A DNA stretch of 64,000 nucleotides, from positions 53,630,001 through 53,694,000 of the forward strand of contig NC_043000.1 in the NCBI RefSeq assembly GCF_006345805.1, written 5' to 3'. This document shows, in pieces, positions 37,227 through 51,205 of the stretch. Position numbers and translations under genes: made by a program. Position 1 is the stretch's first letter, and each line of letters begins with the position of its first letter. The notes under the pieces are model-generated. The model saw only the letters and a program-made list of their open reading frames with translations. It was not told where the DNA came from and ran no database searches. Source of the stretch: Octopus sinensis (taxonomy: Eukaryota).

Positions 37227-38680
37227 AAGAGATGGTATAGAACATGCTACTACGAAGGAAAAAATATGAAAGGAGTATTACAGGAGAATAAGACTCATAC
37301 TAAAAATTGAATTCAACTCTGAAAATCGTATCGAAGCCTTTAACACCCTGGCACTTCTAGAAGTCCAATACAGTTTTAACATCATTAACTGGAATCTTGC
37401 AGAGATCTAACGCCTGGACAGGAAAACAAGAAAACTACTAGCATTTAAGAAGATTGACCACTCAAAAGCAGAACCTGATAGTCTGTACCTATCTAGAAAT
37501 AATGGGAGATGAAGAATGACGCAAGTAGAACTGTGCTACAAGACCTCCACAACACCAATGAACAAGTATTTATCTAGTACAGACGACTGGATGCTGCGGC
37601 TTGTGTGCAAACAAGAAAGCAGCAAAGAAAATCACGTTCTATTGTCAAGGAAGTTTGCAAATTCAGAAAGGAACTCGGCATTCGTCTTGAATTAGATGAA
37701 GAACCTGAAGCCACTGCCACCAAATATGCAAAACGAATTAAACAGAATGCAAAAATGAACGGGAAGAAGCAAATTTAGGAGTGGTGGAGCCAGAAGCCTC
37801 TGCATGAACAGTATATACTTCGGAGCCGAAATGCTGATGTAGACCAAGCAACAACCCTTCAGTGGCAGAGAACTCAGGACCGAAAACCGAGATGGAAGGT
37901 TTCATATTAGCAACACCAGATGAAAGCTTGCTTACCAAAAACTATCAGGGATAACGTTCTTCAAAAAGCTTCTGACCCTAAATGCAGATTCTGCGACAAA
38001 TTTGATGAAACAATAGACCATCTCGTCTCGGGATGTCCTGTGCTGACACCAAATGAATACAAAAATTCGCCACGATAGGGTAGGACAGTATTTACATTGG
38101 AATATATGCAAACACTACAAAATTAGCACAGCTGCTTACTGGTAGGAAAATCATCTTGAGCCAGTCGTTAGGTAAAAATATCACTATCCTCTGGGATTTT
38201 CTAGTTAACACCGATAGAATGGTCCATTGACATAATCATTAAAGACAGAAATGAAAATACTTGTAGACTAATAGATGTAAGTGTTCCCACTGATAAAAAT
38301 ACATCTGTAAAGGAATTTGAAAAACTTAGTAAATATAAGGACCTGGAAATTGAAATACAAAAAGATGTGGCATCGCAAAACGAGAACTGTTCTTCTTATT
38401 GCGAGTGCACTAGGTATGATAAGAAAGGGAAGTTAGAAGCATATAGGTAATATCCCAGGAGAACCATGTCTCAGAGAAATCCAAAAGTTTGTGCTGACAA
38501 GTACTACCAACATCCTTAGAAAAATCCTGTCTGTGTTGAATAACGTGAAAAATATTTTTCTACTGCCCCTGTCACTTCTCCCCATGCTTTCAGTCATGTA
38601 ACATCATTTATCTTTAACTCGTCCTAGAACGCTGGGTGTGTCTCGGCAAATGATTGTAACAAACATGCAGATAAATAATA
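37227..38680 (+). mobile_element. 5'-truncated, decayed R4/Dong-like non-LTR retrotransposon with a restriction-like endonuclease
   Basis: Post-RT motifs EYYRRIRLILK..NRIEAFNTLA..YSFNIINW..RLDRKTRKLL and LYLSR, a CCHC knuckle CRFCDKFDETIDHLVSGC (37983-38036), HDRVGQYLHW, ILWDF, DIIIKD..LIDVSVP and EKLSKYKDLEIEIQK, then a short 3' UTR and (TAA)n. Many stops and frameshifts. Confidence 0.85.
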
Positions 38681-38685
38681 ATGAA

Positions 38686-38748
<63 letters not shown>

Positions 38749-38973
38749 CCAGCGATATAAACTTCCACCGGCAATCAAGATAATCAAGGCATTACACACA
38801 AAACTCACAATACAAGCAGTAATAGAAGACTGTACCACCCCTCAAATGAAAAGTAAAAAATCTAACGCAATACAATACCGGGGAGAGTTTGAGCACTCCC
38901 AAGAACAGAAATGTGCGCCAATTCTGCACATACCCCAGCAATATGGCGGTGCAGGTATGATGCAATATAAATT

Positions 38974-39021
<48 letters not shown>

Positions 39022-39022
<1 letters not shown>

Positions 39023-39775
39023 CGCCCTGAGCTGGTAGAATATCTAGCACATCAGACAAAATGCTTAGCGGCATTTATGTTTTCCCTTACAATCTAATTT
39101 CAAATTCCCTCGATTTCGACTTTTTATTTCATCCTTCTTGGGGCTCGATAAAATAAGTAGCAGTTGATCAATGAGTTCGGTGTAATTGACTTGCCCTCTT
39201 TCTGAAAATTTTAGGCCTTTTGGTATGTTTTAAGTTAATTTTTCTAACTTGGGGATATATAACATTTTCAGTTTACTATTAGCACGATTTAAGGCGGCGA
39301 GCTGGTAGAATCGTCATGACACCGGAAAAAATGCTTAGCAGCATTTTGTCCGTCTTTAAGTTCTGAGGTCAAATTCCACTGCGGTCGATTTCCCCATTCA
39401 TCAATTCGGGGTCGATAATATAAGTACCGTTTGAGGTCTAGGGTCAATGAAATCGACTTACCCATTCTTCTGAACATGCTGGCGGAACCATTATTTGCAC
39501 GATTGATCGTTAGCACATACTTAATAATTAATTCTGTATTATCATGTCATTTAACAAGTTAGCCAACAAGAAAAATCGTTTGCACACCAGAAAAAGTGCT
39601 CTGCAACATTTTCCCCTAATCTTTATGTTCTGAGTTCAAATTCCGCTTGGGTCAACTGTGCCTTTCCTCCTTTCGAAGTTGACAAAGTAAATACCAGTTG
39701 AGCACTGGGATGGATGTTATTGACTCGGCCCCTTCCCCAAACTGTTGGACTTGTGCAAATATTTGTGCCCGATAT
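39022..39775 (+). mobile_element. Three tandemly clustered decayed SINEs (family C, CORE-like)
   Basis: The repeated motif GAGCTGGTAGAAT...AATGCTTAGC...TTCTGAG.TCAAATTCC...CATCCT..GGG.TCGATAA.ATAAGTA occurs at ~39022-39220, 39291-39485 and 39570-39775. Confidence 0.7.
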
Positions 39776-40079
39776 ACTACATGGAACTATGAGATATTTG
39801 CTATCAGTTCCATTGTGGAGAAATATATTTTCAGAAAGCAAATTTGTTTATTAGATTTGAATTCATGTTTGCAACCATCTCCTATAACGTCATTCAATGA
39901 ATCGTTAGAAGCAGATAACATTGAATGTTTGCAGTTAGAAATGCTCTTCAGATATTCAAGTTGGGTAAACAAAAACATAGAAATCCCAACAATCTAGTCG
40001 TCTTGAAAATTTCACGGACACAGCTCCAATTACATTCTGACTAACGTATCTTTTTTCTTTCACTTCTTTCATGGATCGG

Positions 40080-40441
40080 ATTTTAACCATGCTAGGGAGC
40101 CCCCTTGAAGGGTTTAGGCGAAGAAATCACCCACATTACTTATTTTGTTCTTCCCTTTTCTTGAACTGCTAAGTTACGTAGTTAAACCAACGTCAGTTGT
40201 GAAGCTGTGTGGTGGTGAAGCACAAAGGCAAACACACACATGCACATACACACATTTGCATGTGCACACACATACGGCAGGCTTGCACACAGATTTCGTC
40301 TCCCATATTCAATCAAAAGGCATTGGTTGACCCGAAGTTGTAGTGCGAGAAGACACTTGCTTAAAGTGCCACACACTGAAACGGAACCTGAAGCCACGAG
40401 GTTGCAAAGCAAATTTCTCAATCATACACCCATGTCTGCGC
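40080..40441 (-). mobile_element. Decayed SINE family B
   Basis: Reverse-strand colinearity with family B (AGAAGACACTTGC, an internal CA tract, and the head ending ...CTGCGCC). Confidence 0.6.
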
Positions 40442-42194
40442 CTGAAATGTGGATGTTCTTTGTCGCAAATATTTGCCTTTTATTCCAAGATATTTATCGA
40501 TGATCAAGTACAATGAGTTGTAACTTATAACTTCTATAGTACCTGGTGCATAAGGCTGCTTTTGCACTAAAGTTCAAATCTTGCTCGGAGCGCTTTTTCA
40601 GTCACGTAATTGATTGATGGGTTTATTTCTCTGCGACCTTTTATCAAAAAACGGGTAACTTTATATCTCTTTTTCCGGTAAACTATAAAATATAAGTCAC
40701 TCCTACATTCTTTTCAAAATCTCACGTTACATGTAAAATACTATATTTACAGCGTCAAAATTAAATTATCGAAGATGAGTTTTCTTTAATTGTCATTAAT
40801 TTTGTGGGGGAAGTAAGTCTCTAATTTCTTATGGATTGAACTAAAAGACACATAAAAAAGTAAAAAGACAAAATTATGTCAAACTTAAATGATGAAATAT
40901 TTAGCTGATTTTCCCCTGAATCAGTTTCAAGACATTCAGATATGGAACTGCTCAACGATGAATCTCCAAATGTCATTCCTATTGAGTGAAACATATGCAG
41001 TTTTCTTATGTGTACAAATTGAGAGTTGATTCCTGATTTCAAAGTTTGTCCTTGACGTAAAAATGTATTCGTACTGATTAATCGGAATCTTAAACTAGAC
41101 ATAAAGATAGAATAACTTTAACATTAACTTGAACGAGACAGGAGTTATAATAGACTAGAATTGTAACAATGACGAAGTACCTTACTACAATGCACATTAT
41201 TGCTTTTGTTTAGTTGAAGCGCATCTCTCAAAGATATACATTCCGTAAGATATACCTTTGTTGCAATTCTAACAATTATATTGACATCTTTCTTTTCTCA
41301 CGGCGAGTAGTTTCCAGTTAATACAGCTACTATTGATATTTTCCAATGTTCAGACATTTAAAATCAATTTCGAAGAAACAGAAATGGAGATTCTATCTTT
41401 GAATTTGGAAGTATGCGCTGCTACGCTAAAAGTATGGTGGAAGGAATTGTTACAATTAAAGAAATAAATCAATTTGTTTGTCTTCTGCTTTTCTGTCTAT
41501 TACTGAAAAATATTTGTTGAATTTTCTTTTAATTTCTTAATGCAGAAAGTATTTTAACTCTACAGGAAGAAACCATAATACACAAACGAACAACCCCCAC
41601 CCATCCCCCCACACATATATATATATTCATCTTTTGTCTACTTTCTTAGTTCTCTGAATACTTGTCACATAAAGAATAATTTGGATTTAAAAAAAAAATT
41701 TGAAATTTACTTGCCTTTTGTTTTATACAAAATATATTTATACATTACCTTTCATTATTCGTTTTCATTTCTTTTCTTTTTAATATGAAGATTAGCAAAG
41801 AAAGAGGAAAGCACGGGAAAAACAATTCTAATCTCTGTAGAAACAAACAACAAAAAAAAAAAAGAAAGAAGAATGGTGGAAAATGTTGAAACAAAACCTT
41901 GACAAAGCAAATTTGTTTGTATCACAAGTGAAACACCTACAGAAGAAGCACGGACAGCTATTCAAATAGAGGAATATGAAAATGTATACAGACTGCACAT
42001 ATAAAAACACACATGATAACATTTAGCTAGTATATGCTATATATATGTGTATATATATATAAATACGCATATGCATACATATATGAACTCATGTACATAT
42101 ATATGCGGTTTTGTATTTTTTCAAACATTTCATGTGCATATGCACATTTATACATACGCACACACACGTTCATTTATATATATATATATATATC

Positions 42195-42249
<55 letters not shown>

Positions 42250-43818
42250 GCATTTTTGTATCTATTCTACATTTTATGAGCATATACACAATTAAACACA
42301 CAAAGACGTACGCACATACATAGTTGTATGTAATATTTTTGATAGATACAGTAAAAAAAGAAATAGAATAGATTAATCGATGAAACCAACAGGAAAACAA
42401 AGCAGATAGGATGATGTAGAAACATACATTACATTTCTCACGTCAATAATATTAGCATGATCAATAAAAAATTTCTGTACACACACACACACACACACAG
42501 ACATATAAACATATATATTTACACACAAGTATATAAATGCATGTATATATATATATATATATATATAGATATACATACACACATATATATATGTATATAT
42601 ATATGTGTGTATGTATATATGCATGTGCGTGTATATATATATGTTTATGTGTGTATCTATGTGTGATAGTACATATCTATATATGTAGGCTATCTGTGAT
42701 TGTATGAATATTTACAAATGCGTGAATACAAATACACACGCAGATACTTGCACGACTCATACATACATATATATATACAAGCATACACACATAATACATA
42801 TGCGTCTATGTGCATGTGTGTGTGTGTGTGCATGTGCGTGTATGTTTGTGTCTATATATACGTGTCTATATACATATTAGAGAGGGAGGAAATTACTAAC
42901 AGATCCAATAAAGCTATTGAATTTCGTGTGTTTATACATCCATGCATACACATACATCCATACATATACGAAGAGTGTCATACATAAAATGAGTAAGGAT
43001 TAAATACATGGACATGAATGACTGCATTTATACATACATAAACATGCGCCATTATGCTTTTAACGCGCGTGTGTGTATACACGTATAAATTGCGCCTTCT
43101 GCAGCTGTATATGTGGTATTCAATTTACACAACGAGCTATGCACTTCCATATAGAGCCAAATATACACATTTACTTTACCGTGTTCCTCTGTTCCCTTTT
43201 TTTTTAAATGTAAATATCAGTGAAAAATCACTGATGCAGATGAAGGAAACTTCAACGTAGATGAATACATTTCTAACGTGTATTTCCTCACAATGTACAC
43301 AGTGAGCAACGAGCTGCATTACTTTACTACTTTCTGTAACGACGGAAAAAAAAGGCTGCTTTCTTTGTTTGGTCAATGCTTTTGTTTCTAATATTTTATA
43401 TTTTTATCATTTCAATTCGTTTTGTTTCGAGCGTCAGTGATGAGATATCTACCCAGAAGAAAGAGGGAAAAAATGTTTGTAAAACAAAAGGAAAAACAAA
43501 GAAGTCGAGTTGAATAAAAGGAAAGCAAGGGAAAACAACAACAACAAACAGTAGCGTGTAGTTAAAGATGGCTGCACATTCCAAGCTCTATTCTGTTTAT
43601 TCCAGGGTTTATGGCATCATCGCTACTGAAATGGAATGCTGTTGCCATACCTTTAAGAAAGGGAAGAATTTTCATGTTTACTTTTGAAATTTCAGAGAGA
43701 ATAACATACACAATTCACCTATCCACATATTCAGCTGGTACGTACCTGCACCACTTACTCAAGCAGACTGACACTAGTCTTAAGGGAAATAATATAGGGA
43801 ACTGGTACCGATATAGTC

Positions 43819-43880
<62 letters not shown>

Positions 43881-44020
43881 ATATATATATATATATGTAT
43901 ATATATGTATGTATATATCTATATGTATATATATATATGTGTGTGTATTCATTCATATTTACATAAATACATACACTTTTTTCCTCTGTCTTCCCTTCTC
44001 TGGATCTTTCCTTCTCCTAT

Positions 44021-44055
44021 GTTTCCGACGAAGAGCTCCGCTCGAAACGTTAAAC
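44021..44055 (+). ncRNA. Minimal type I hammerhead ribozyme-like motif (U4C variant)
   Basis: GTTT CCGACGA A GAGC-tcc-GCTC GAAAC GTT AAAC: helix I GTTT/AAAC, helix II GAGC/GCTC, palindromic helix III ACGT and cleavage triplet GUU. The core has C instead of U at position 4. Confidence 0.6.
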
Positions 44056-45100
44056 CATCCTTCTTCCCTTCTTTCCTGAGCGTCCAATAATACTATATTT
44101 GTTCCACGTCCTCGCGTTGTTGTGTTTTTGTGTTTTCTTGTTTAGATTAACTCTAAATACATACATACATACATACATACATACATACATACATACATAC
44201 ATACATACATACATAATGTTGGCAAGTTAACTAGTAGCGGTTGGAGATCTTTAAGATTCCTCTATACACTGTTTTGATTGTAGTCATATTTACTTTCGTT
44301 ATGTTAGTCGCTTCTAAAACTAAAGCCTTGAATTTCGGGACAGAATGACATTTGCAGAAGCTGTGTAGTATATTTTTAAATTTACGCTTCTATATTCTCT
44401 GTCAGACGTTCCCGCTATATTGTTTCAGTAACGTGATACCTTTATATTTTATTAAATATTTAGTTCATATTCTGGAGAATTTACTAAATGCATTAATTGT
44501 AAAATCACATCTTACTGGCTCATACTTTTTAGCTGCAAATTGATTCGTTATGAAGCCGAAATACTGAAATTATTTGTTTAAGTTGTTCCATGAAAGTAGT
44601 TTTTGAGGGATTGATTGTTATTCTTTTTCATTTTGTAACATGTAAAGAGTCAAGCAAGAATGTCACTCATATCTTTGTAGACGCCTCTCAGATAGGTTAA
44701 TTTGATGTGGTTGATGTTCATCTTAAACGCCTGTGGATAACTATAAGAAACCGGTAGGCAATGAAAGGCTTTCTATATGGACATTCAACCTGCAATAAAT
44801 TGCAACAAAATCTTCTGTTTATTAGAACCTACCATCTATAAAAAAATAAATAATTGGATAATATAATCGTGGGTGCACTGTATTCACAAAAAAAATGGGG
44901 ATGGCCTTGGATGTAACTCCATCAATCATATATTTTATAAACAAAAAAATGTAACATCGTCTGTTACAAGTCAATGAAAATGGTTACGTTTCTGTATTGG
45001 GAGATGGAGTAATATATTTACATTAAGGAAGAGTAGGTGACACACACCGGGAATGATGACAAGCGTAGATGTTAGCGTATTCATTACCTTCGGACTGATA

Positions 45101-45500
45101 TACGAGGTGGCATGAAAAGGTTCACGGCGTAGTTATGTTTAATAAAGAGAAAAAAACACTTTTTCTTTACCTTCGGAATAGTCACACACCGGTTTAAGCA
45201 TTCCTGCCATTTTTGGTATCCATCTTGGAAGTCGTTTTCCGTAAGCGAACCGACGACCATCTGCGATTCATTCTGGATCTCGACAACGGTTTTAAAATGG
45301 TGACCTTTGCGCTGCATTTTCATCTTGAGGAAGAGATGGAAGTCCGCAGATGCTAAATCTGGTTAATAGGGTGAGTCCGGAATTGATACCATGTTGTCTT
45401 TGGCGAGAAACTCATGAGTGAGGAGATTTCGGTGACAGGGTACATTGTCGTCGTGAAGAATTCAATTCTTCACGCTTCACAGATCCGGTCGCTTTCGCTG
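45101..45500 (-). mobile_element. Mariner C-terminal remnant with TIR
   Basis: The TIR TACGAGGTGGCATGAAAAGG starts at 45101. The minus strand encodes LHDDNVP, DLASADFHLF and KGHHFKTVVEIQNESQ. Same family as 22290-22767. Confidence 0.8.
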
Positions 45501-47390
45501 GATGTCCTCCTCACAAAGAAATTTATTGTTTATAAATACGACCATTATTTATGCGTACTTAGAAATGGAAGAAATAGTAGATTTGTCGACAGTAGATTTT
45601 GGTATTTCACCATACAGAGAAAGAGCTGTAAAAATTTGGGTGTATAATTAAATGCTCTGGATCACTGCGTAATGGTAATAGCATGGATAGTTGGTTGGAG
45701 TGACGAGATTAGGTTTTAAAATTACTGGTTATATACATGTTGTATTAAGGTTGGTGATGTTAAGAAGGCAAGAGCCTCTGCGGCTTATATTTTTGCGCGT
45801 ACGCGTATGTGTATGTGCGTACACGTCCCTGAGTGTACTTCTGCGTGTGTTTCTCTGCCTCTGTGTACTATGTATATTTGCTTTTGTGTTGTGTTGTGTG
45901 TGTGTGTGCGTGCGTGCGTGTGTGTTTGCATGCGTGTGAGGTATAGAGCTGGAGGCAAATAGTTGTATATTTATTAGTTAAGCTATTTAACTGTGAATAT
46001 TGCAATGAACTTTGCAATGATTAAAGTAGTTACGGCGCATAGAACACCAGCATCTTTTATATAACAGTATTTTGCTATCTTTGATTGGATGTTTGTTAGT
46101 ACATTTGAGTCATTTCTCTTGCTTTCTAATCTACATAATTAAGAATTTATTGGTTTCCCAGATGTCAGGACAGCAAATAATATGGAGGAAACATGTCTAT
46201 TGAAGACTAAAAGAACTGATGATATCCAAATATTGCTATCCTATATGCAAACACTGTATAACTGGTGCAATAATACAGATACACATAGCTAACATGAAAA
46301 TCAGAGGACTATAAGATACATTTTCAAATCGAAGAATATTAGAAATAGATAATTTTCAAATATTATTTGCCAGCAATCAGTGAAAAATGTAAGATGTTTA
46401 AGGTTTTAACGGTTATACTTAGGTTTAGAGCTTAGTTTATCTCATTTAGAATATCTCTTTGTTCATTAACAACTTCTCGTGTATAATTATCTTGAATTCA
46501 GGAACAAAATTTCGGAGTTTCTACCTTAATGAATAGTTTCTTTTTATAGATGCTCCTCAACTTGCATGGTTACACTCAAATGTAGCAATTACATTGATTA
46601 ACAATACCTCACTAATTACCTACCGCTATTAGTACTAGAGTTAATGATATAACCGCGTTCTAACATTTTCATTCTAATTGCCAGTCGGTCTAGCTTTGAG
46701 TAATCCAAAACATTATGATATATCATTCAATAGATTTCATTCTACTCATTCAGTGTCCTTTATATAACTGTCCTAAGATAAAATGAAGTTCTCTATTACA
46801 TCCATCATGAAATTAAATGTATATTAGATACAGAGAATATAGAAGCTTTAAGCTCAAAAGAAAATAGAATTAAGCAAGTATAATAATATTACAGAAATAT
46901 TTCCTAGGATTATTACATGATCAGGGCAATTCTTTAACAGAACAGATATATTATGACGCATATAGAAATACAGTATCAACTAATAATCAGGTCTTCAATT
47001 TATATACGATTTTCTATTTTAACACACTCTGTATTGGTATTCTAACAGAAAACCAATGCAGAATGTGTTACAAACACTTGTATTCTTACCACGGAGCCTC
47101 ATTTCGCACGAACAATCAATGAATTATAAAACGAACCTGTATATTTATTTCGTTGTAGTTCATACAGTATTGGAACAATTAGTAACCAAAGCTGGGTAGA
47201 CACTATTGTACAATTATTTAAATGCATTGGGCCGCTCATTAAATAATTTCTGTTTAATAAGTAGCTTTCATTTTAAAATTTCGAATGACATCAATGTGCG
47301 AACCAGAATAGTCCGGTTCGATTTTCAGTCCAAGACACCGCGCAAAGACAAAAAATGCTATGAACTTAAAAACACACACACACACATACA

Positions 47391-47472
<82 letters not shown>

Positions 47473-48749
47473 ACACACACACACACAACACACACACACA
47501 CCATTTTGCAAGGCAACCGTGTCGCATCGGGTTCATGACTCCTAGATATTTTTCAGTTGATGCATTGCAATTGTCTACAATGCTGCCAACACCTTCTTGG
47601 GTGAATAAGCTTCCACAAAGGGAAAGTATTCTGGATACTGTAATCAGACAGAACTTTTCAGCTGCTTTTATCATTGTCTTAACATCCCCAATTATCTTTG
47701 TCTCAGAAACCGAGAACAGTTCATGAAAATTGCCTTCAAAATACTTCACCCCCACTGCTATGCTGAGGACTTTGGTTTGGACGAAAAACTATTTTAATTT
47801 GATACCTAAGGTGACACATTTATAGATGTGAGCTTCCTCCATTCTGCTTTCATATAGTACAATCAATTTTTTTCCTGTAAGAGAGTAATGTACAATATCC
47901 GGTCGCATACCACTGTCGTTAATGATATCCAGATAATTTTTTTTTTCCTTTCTGGAAACTTTTCTGTGTGCACCTGGTCATCTGCACCGTCCATTAAATC
48001 CTGCTTCTACGATTCAACTGGCAAAGCTGATCCAGGGTACAGCCTTGTACCTCTGCCGAGTAGAATAACAATGTAGCTTCCGGTAGAATCGTCTTCCCTC
48101 CACATGTTAAAACTGCATACAAAATCTCTTAAAGCACTTGATTGTGTCTCCGCGTATATTTTCTTTCGGATAACACTAAATTGCATGAGCGCAGGGAATT
48201 GAGCATGCAATATCTAAATTTCCTTACCTCAATAGGTTTGTAGCAGAGGGCAAGAGGTCATATAGAAGTCCATTGTTCCTGTTGACCTCCTGGACTGCCC
48301 TCGATTCTTCCCTTACTTCCTGAAATAACATGTCCCACTTTGGCTTTCCTTTTGTCTGCGATCACAACTCACCTGAGGCATAACGCTGTCAGTTGAATTG
48401 TGTGAGTTCTGTTATTTCCTTCAATATGAGAATCACTTTTGCTGTAACAACCAATCATTGAATCTTTCAATTATCCCCTGTTCTCAGCTTGGTTAAAATT
48501 GATCTTACAACTTTATATATAGAGGAGTGAATATTACGATATTACATAATTCTCATGGATTCTCTAAATCCATATTCTTTATATACATAGATAAGACCGT
48601 GTCTATATACATTCGTATAACAGAATGTATATAAGCAGTCGAGAAAAACGGTTTAGTCCCTCGCAGGAAAAATATTGGTGAGTTGGTATGGGTGGTGAAA
48701 ATTTACTTTAATCTTAAAACGAATTGTAGATTAAAATTTGACAAATTTA

Positions 48750-49300
48750 TTGAAATACTACACCGGTGTCAACAAATCTTCCGTTAAGTCCCTTTGGAAC
48801 AGTTGGATGAAGGTAACAGGTTTCTTCATTATTTTGAATTGTTGGTATTTGTTAGCTTTTTTATGTGTCACGAAAAGAGCTAGTGCAGTGTTTGTGTCTT
48901 GTTCCAACTTCATAATGACTACCGAATTACCTTTATCAACTTCCCTAATAAAAATGTCATTATCATCCAAGACATCAGTGATAATTTACTGTTCTTTTTG
49001 CTTAGTATTGGGTTTAAATTTCGAATAAGCAACATTGTTTCGAAAATCACCAAATTTGTTCAGAGTTTGGTTTCTGCCTTTTGTCGGACTTGCTTTTATT
49101 CTAAAGCTGCGATTAATCACTGGTTTCTTTGTGAAATAATTCTCTTGTTATGTGTAGTTTGCTACAAAATTCCTAGATATCGTTATATATTTTATTCATG
49201 TAGGAATTTTGCGTTATTGCGGTAAACTGTAGTCCTTTAGAGAGAATTTAAACTTTTGTGTTGACAGGGTTTTATCTGAGAGTCTTATTACCTTCGGAAT
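48750..49300 (-). mobile_element. Penelope-like element remnant, region N-terminal to the RT core
   Basis: The minus strand gives ILSKGLQFT, DI*EFCSKLHITRELF and DNDIFIREVDKGNSVVIM, matching the PLE LLSKGLxF / FxRKLRLxEYF / DKGNxxVIM motifs. It may extend to ~50100. Confidence 0.7.
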
Positions 49301-50615
49301 ACTATATTCATCAACTGTTTCCCAAAAACGAATTCTCGGTTTTTCGGTTCAATGTTGTAGTATTCCTGTCATGGTTAAATCTGTTTTAATGCTCTTCTGT
49401 ATAACCTCGATCTATTATAGAATTTTCGTTATGGTCGATCCTAACTTAAATTGTAACGGCTACAATTTTTCGTGTGAAGCATCAATTATGATTGGTCCTG
49501 TCTAATGTTGTCCATATCGTTAAAAGTTATCGTATGTAGGTCAACTGTTGACACTGATACGAGTGGCGTGTCTCGAAAGAGAGAAGTTCTTGGCTTTTCC
49601 AGTGGAATTCCGTCTGGTTTTAAAATTAAGGGGTTTGTTTCACTTTCTATATATCATTTAGGAAGAGTAGTTTGTCTTTAAGAAAAAAGAATATTTGTTT
49701 TTCCTGAAAGAGTTGTTTTGTTGTTAACATGTTCTGAATTGGTATTATTAACACTGTGTCTTTGATGAGTTGTTGCTTTTTAATAATGACTTTGCACATA
49801 GCGTATGGGATTTGGGATGTTTCATTTTCTTTAAGAATGGATATTCAGATTCATATTGTTCTTTAATTTTTTTTCATAGTACTAAACCAGTCATATATTT
49901 TTTAATACCTTCAATGAGAAATTTGTTCTTCACTATGAAAAATTTGTTTCCAGAGTTGGACGATGTTGGGGAAATGTTCTCCTTCAACCTTCTTTCAGAT
50001 TTCCATCAAATGTTTATCCTCGACTGATTGAGCACTCAATCTCAGGAGATCTATCACTAGTTTAACGAACTTAGCTCTGAAGAACAGTGTGATGGTAGAA
50101 GGGCAACAGATTCATGAATCTACAACCACAATTAGGAAAATTCCAGTAACATATATATTCAAACACACACAAACACACATACACGCACATGCATAGCGAT
50201 ACATGCACACGCACACACACCTATACATGTATATGTTCGTAACCTTGTCCAATGAGTCATAGTATTTTCATAATTGGGTAATTAAAACTTCTCGGTAATA
50301 AGCAATAATTTGTTAAGCCGTATAACAATATACGAAATTCACTTATTCGCAGATTTCTGTAGATTATTAGTGCTTTCAAGAAAGATTGATTATGGTCATA
50401 AAGAAGAAAAATTGCCAACAAGTATCACCCAACCAAGGAAGAGAATATCAATACATGCCTCAAACCATTAATTGCATTTTACAATCCTAATGACAAATTA
50501 ATTTTCTTCCAAAGGGTTGCCTACAACACGCACGTTTGAAGCAAAATAGAAAATTGCACGCTATACAAGGAAATAATTATTGTCAAAGCATTTGACGTGT
50601 CAACACACACACATG

Positions 50616-50674
<59 letters not shown>

Positions 50675-50937
50675 ATTTGAAACAACGAAGCGTATAGACA
50701 AACCCCTACAGGCAAATAACGAAATCCTATATATTTGAACCAAGCGAAACCAAGTTTATCGCACAAGGTACCTTTCAAGAATCCACTGACGAGACACATC
50801 TGCGCTGAAGGATGCACAATATTTCACACGCGAGGGAGTGATGCAAGATGAGTCGACGAAACGATCGTTGTGCTCATTAAATAATCTCGTCAATTCTATT
50901 TTCTGTTTCCTTTGTTTTATATATATATATATATGTG

Positions 50938-50977
<40 letters not shown>

Positions 50978-51042
50978 TGAGTGTGTGTGTGTATTGTATA
51001 TACATATATATATGTATACATGTAGGTATCTCTCTCTACCTG

Positions 51043-51203
<161 letters not shown>

Positions 51204-51205
51204 GA

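Noticed and set aside
47520-48480. Possible decayed LINE RT (EKYLG-like motif) on the minus strand
   Set aside because: Too degenerate to assign, and no YADD-type motif is recoverable.
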